From positions 1-46,506 of IMG/VR virus record IMGVR_UViG_3300032326_002117: 46,506 bases of DNA; one strand, written 5' to 3'. Both the position numbers and the translations under genes were made by a program. Positions 46,280 to 46,506 of the stretch are shown here, piece after piece; the stretch's first letter is position 1, and the number at the start of each line of letters is the position of its first letter. The notes beneath the pieces are model-generated. The model saw nothing but the letters and a program-made list of their open reading frames with translations, was not told where the DNA came from and ran no database searches. This stretch comes from a virus. Taxonomy: Duplodnaviria; Caudoviricetes.

Positions 46280-46506
46280 ATGAAAAAATTAAGTTATAGA
46301 ATTATAATATCTGGTATCAAAGAAGATATTGAAGCGCTTTGCAAACATATTGGTGTTACTGATCCTGAATATATAAAAGTTGTCAGACAAAAAGTTGATG
46401 ACTACAAAGGTTATCAAGTTTTTGCTGCTTGGTTATATATTAGGGACGTTGAACCTGAATCATATGTTATTGCATTAAATAAATATGTTAAAGCCAGACA
46501 ATTAGA
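46280..46506 (+). CDS. hypothetical protein, 5' part (runs off window)
   Basis: ATG at 46280, open to the window edge. Confidence 0.55.
   Translation, partial: MKKLSYRIIISGIKEDIEALCKHIGVTDPEYIKVVRQKVDDYKGYQVFAAWLYIRDVEPESYVIALNKYVKARQL

Noticed and set aside
1-46506. Stop-codon reassignment as in some jumbo phages
   Set aside because: Long genes are intact under the standard code, all three stops end genes, and there is no suppressor tRNA.

Overview
AT-rich (roughly 30% GC by eye) segment of a large/jumbo tailed-phage genome using the standard genetic code. It contains no structural, replication or recombinase genes that I can recognise. Left (1-13.8 kb): three tandem paralogous glycosyltransferase-like genes, a 740-bp hairpin-rich non-coding gap where the C/G skew flips (candidate origin), an NrdG-like radical SAM protein, UvsE, six tRNAs, an rIIA-like gene and an HhH glycosylase. 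This part is saturated with a strand-polarised TTTCGAG heptamer. Middle (13.85-38.4 kb): an early/accessory island built as a cassette array. It has 25 copies of a 24-bp palindrome TGGGGT-KRT-N6-AYM-ACCCCA with co-varying arms, usually placed between an intrinsic terminator and a sigma70-type promoter. The cassettes hold 1-4 small genes (DUF932, rIIA, rIIB, Tad2/DUF2829-like, DUF3846, DUF4313, a divergent XRE pair, an ArfA/BrfA-like peptide), four more tRNAs plus a degenerate one, several putative anti-RBS small RNAs and a ~300-nt structured RNA. Many cassette genes appear leaderless. Right (39.4-46.5 kb): a G-tract repeat junction, six proteins sharing a ~38-aa N-terminal leader, and a zinc-ribbon PD-(D/E)XK nuclease. 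All family calls come from motif recognition by eye, not database searches.
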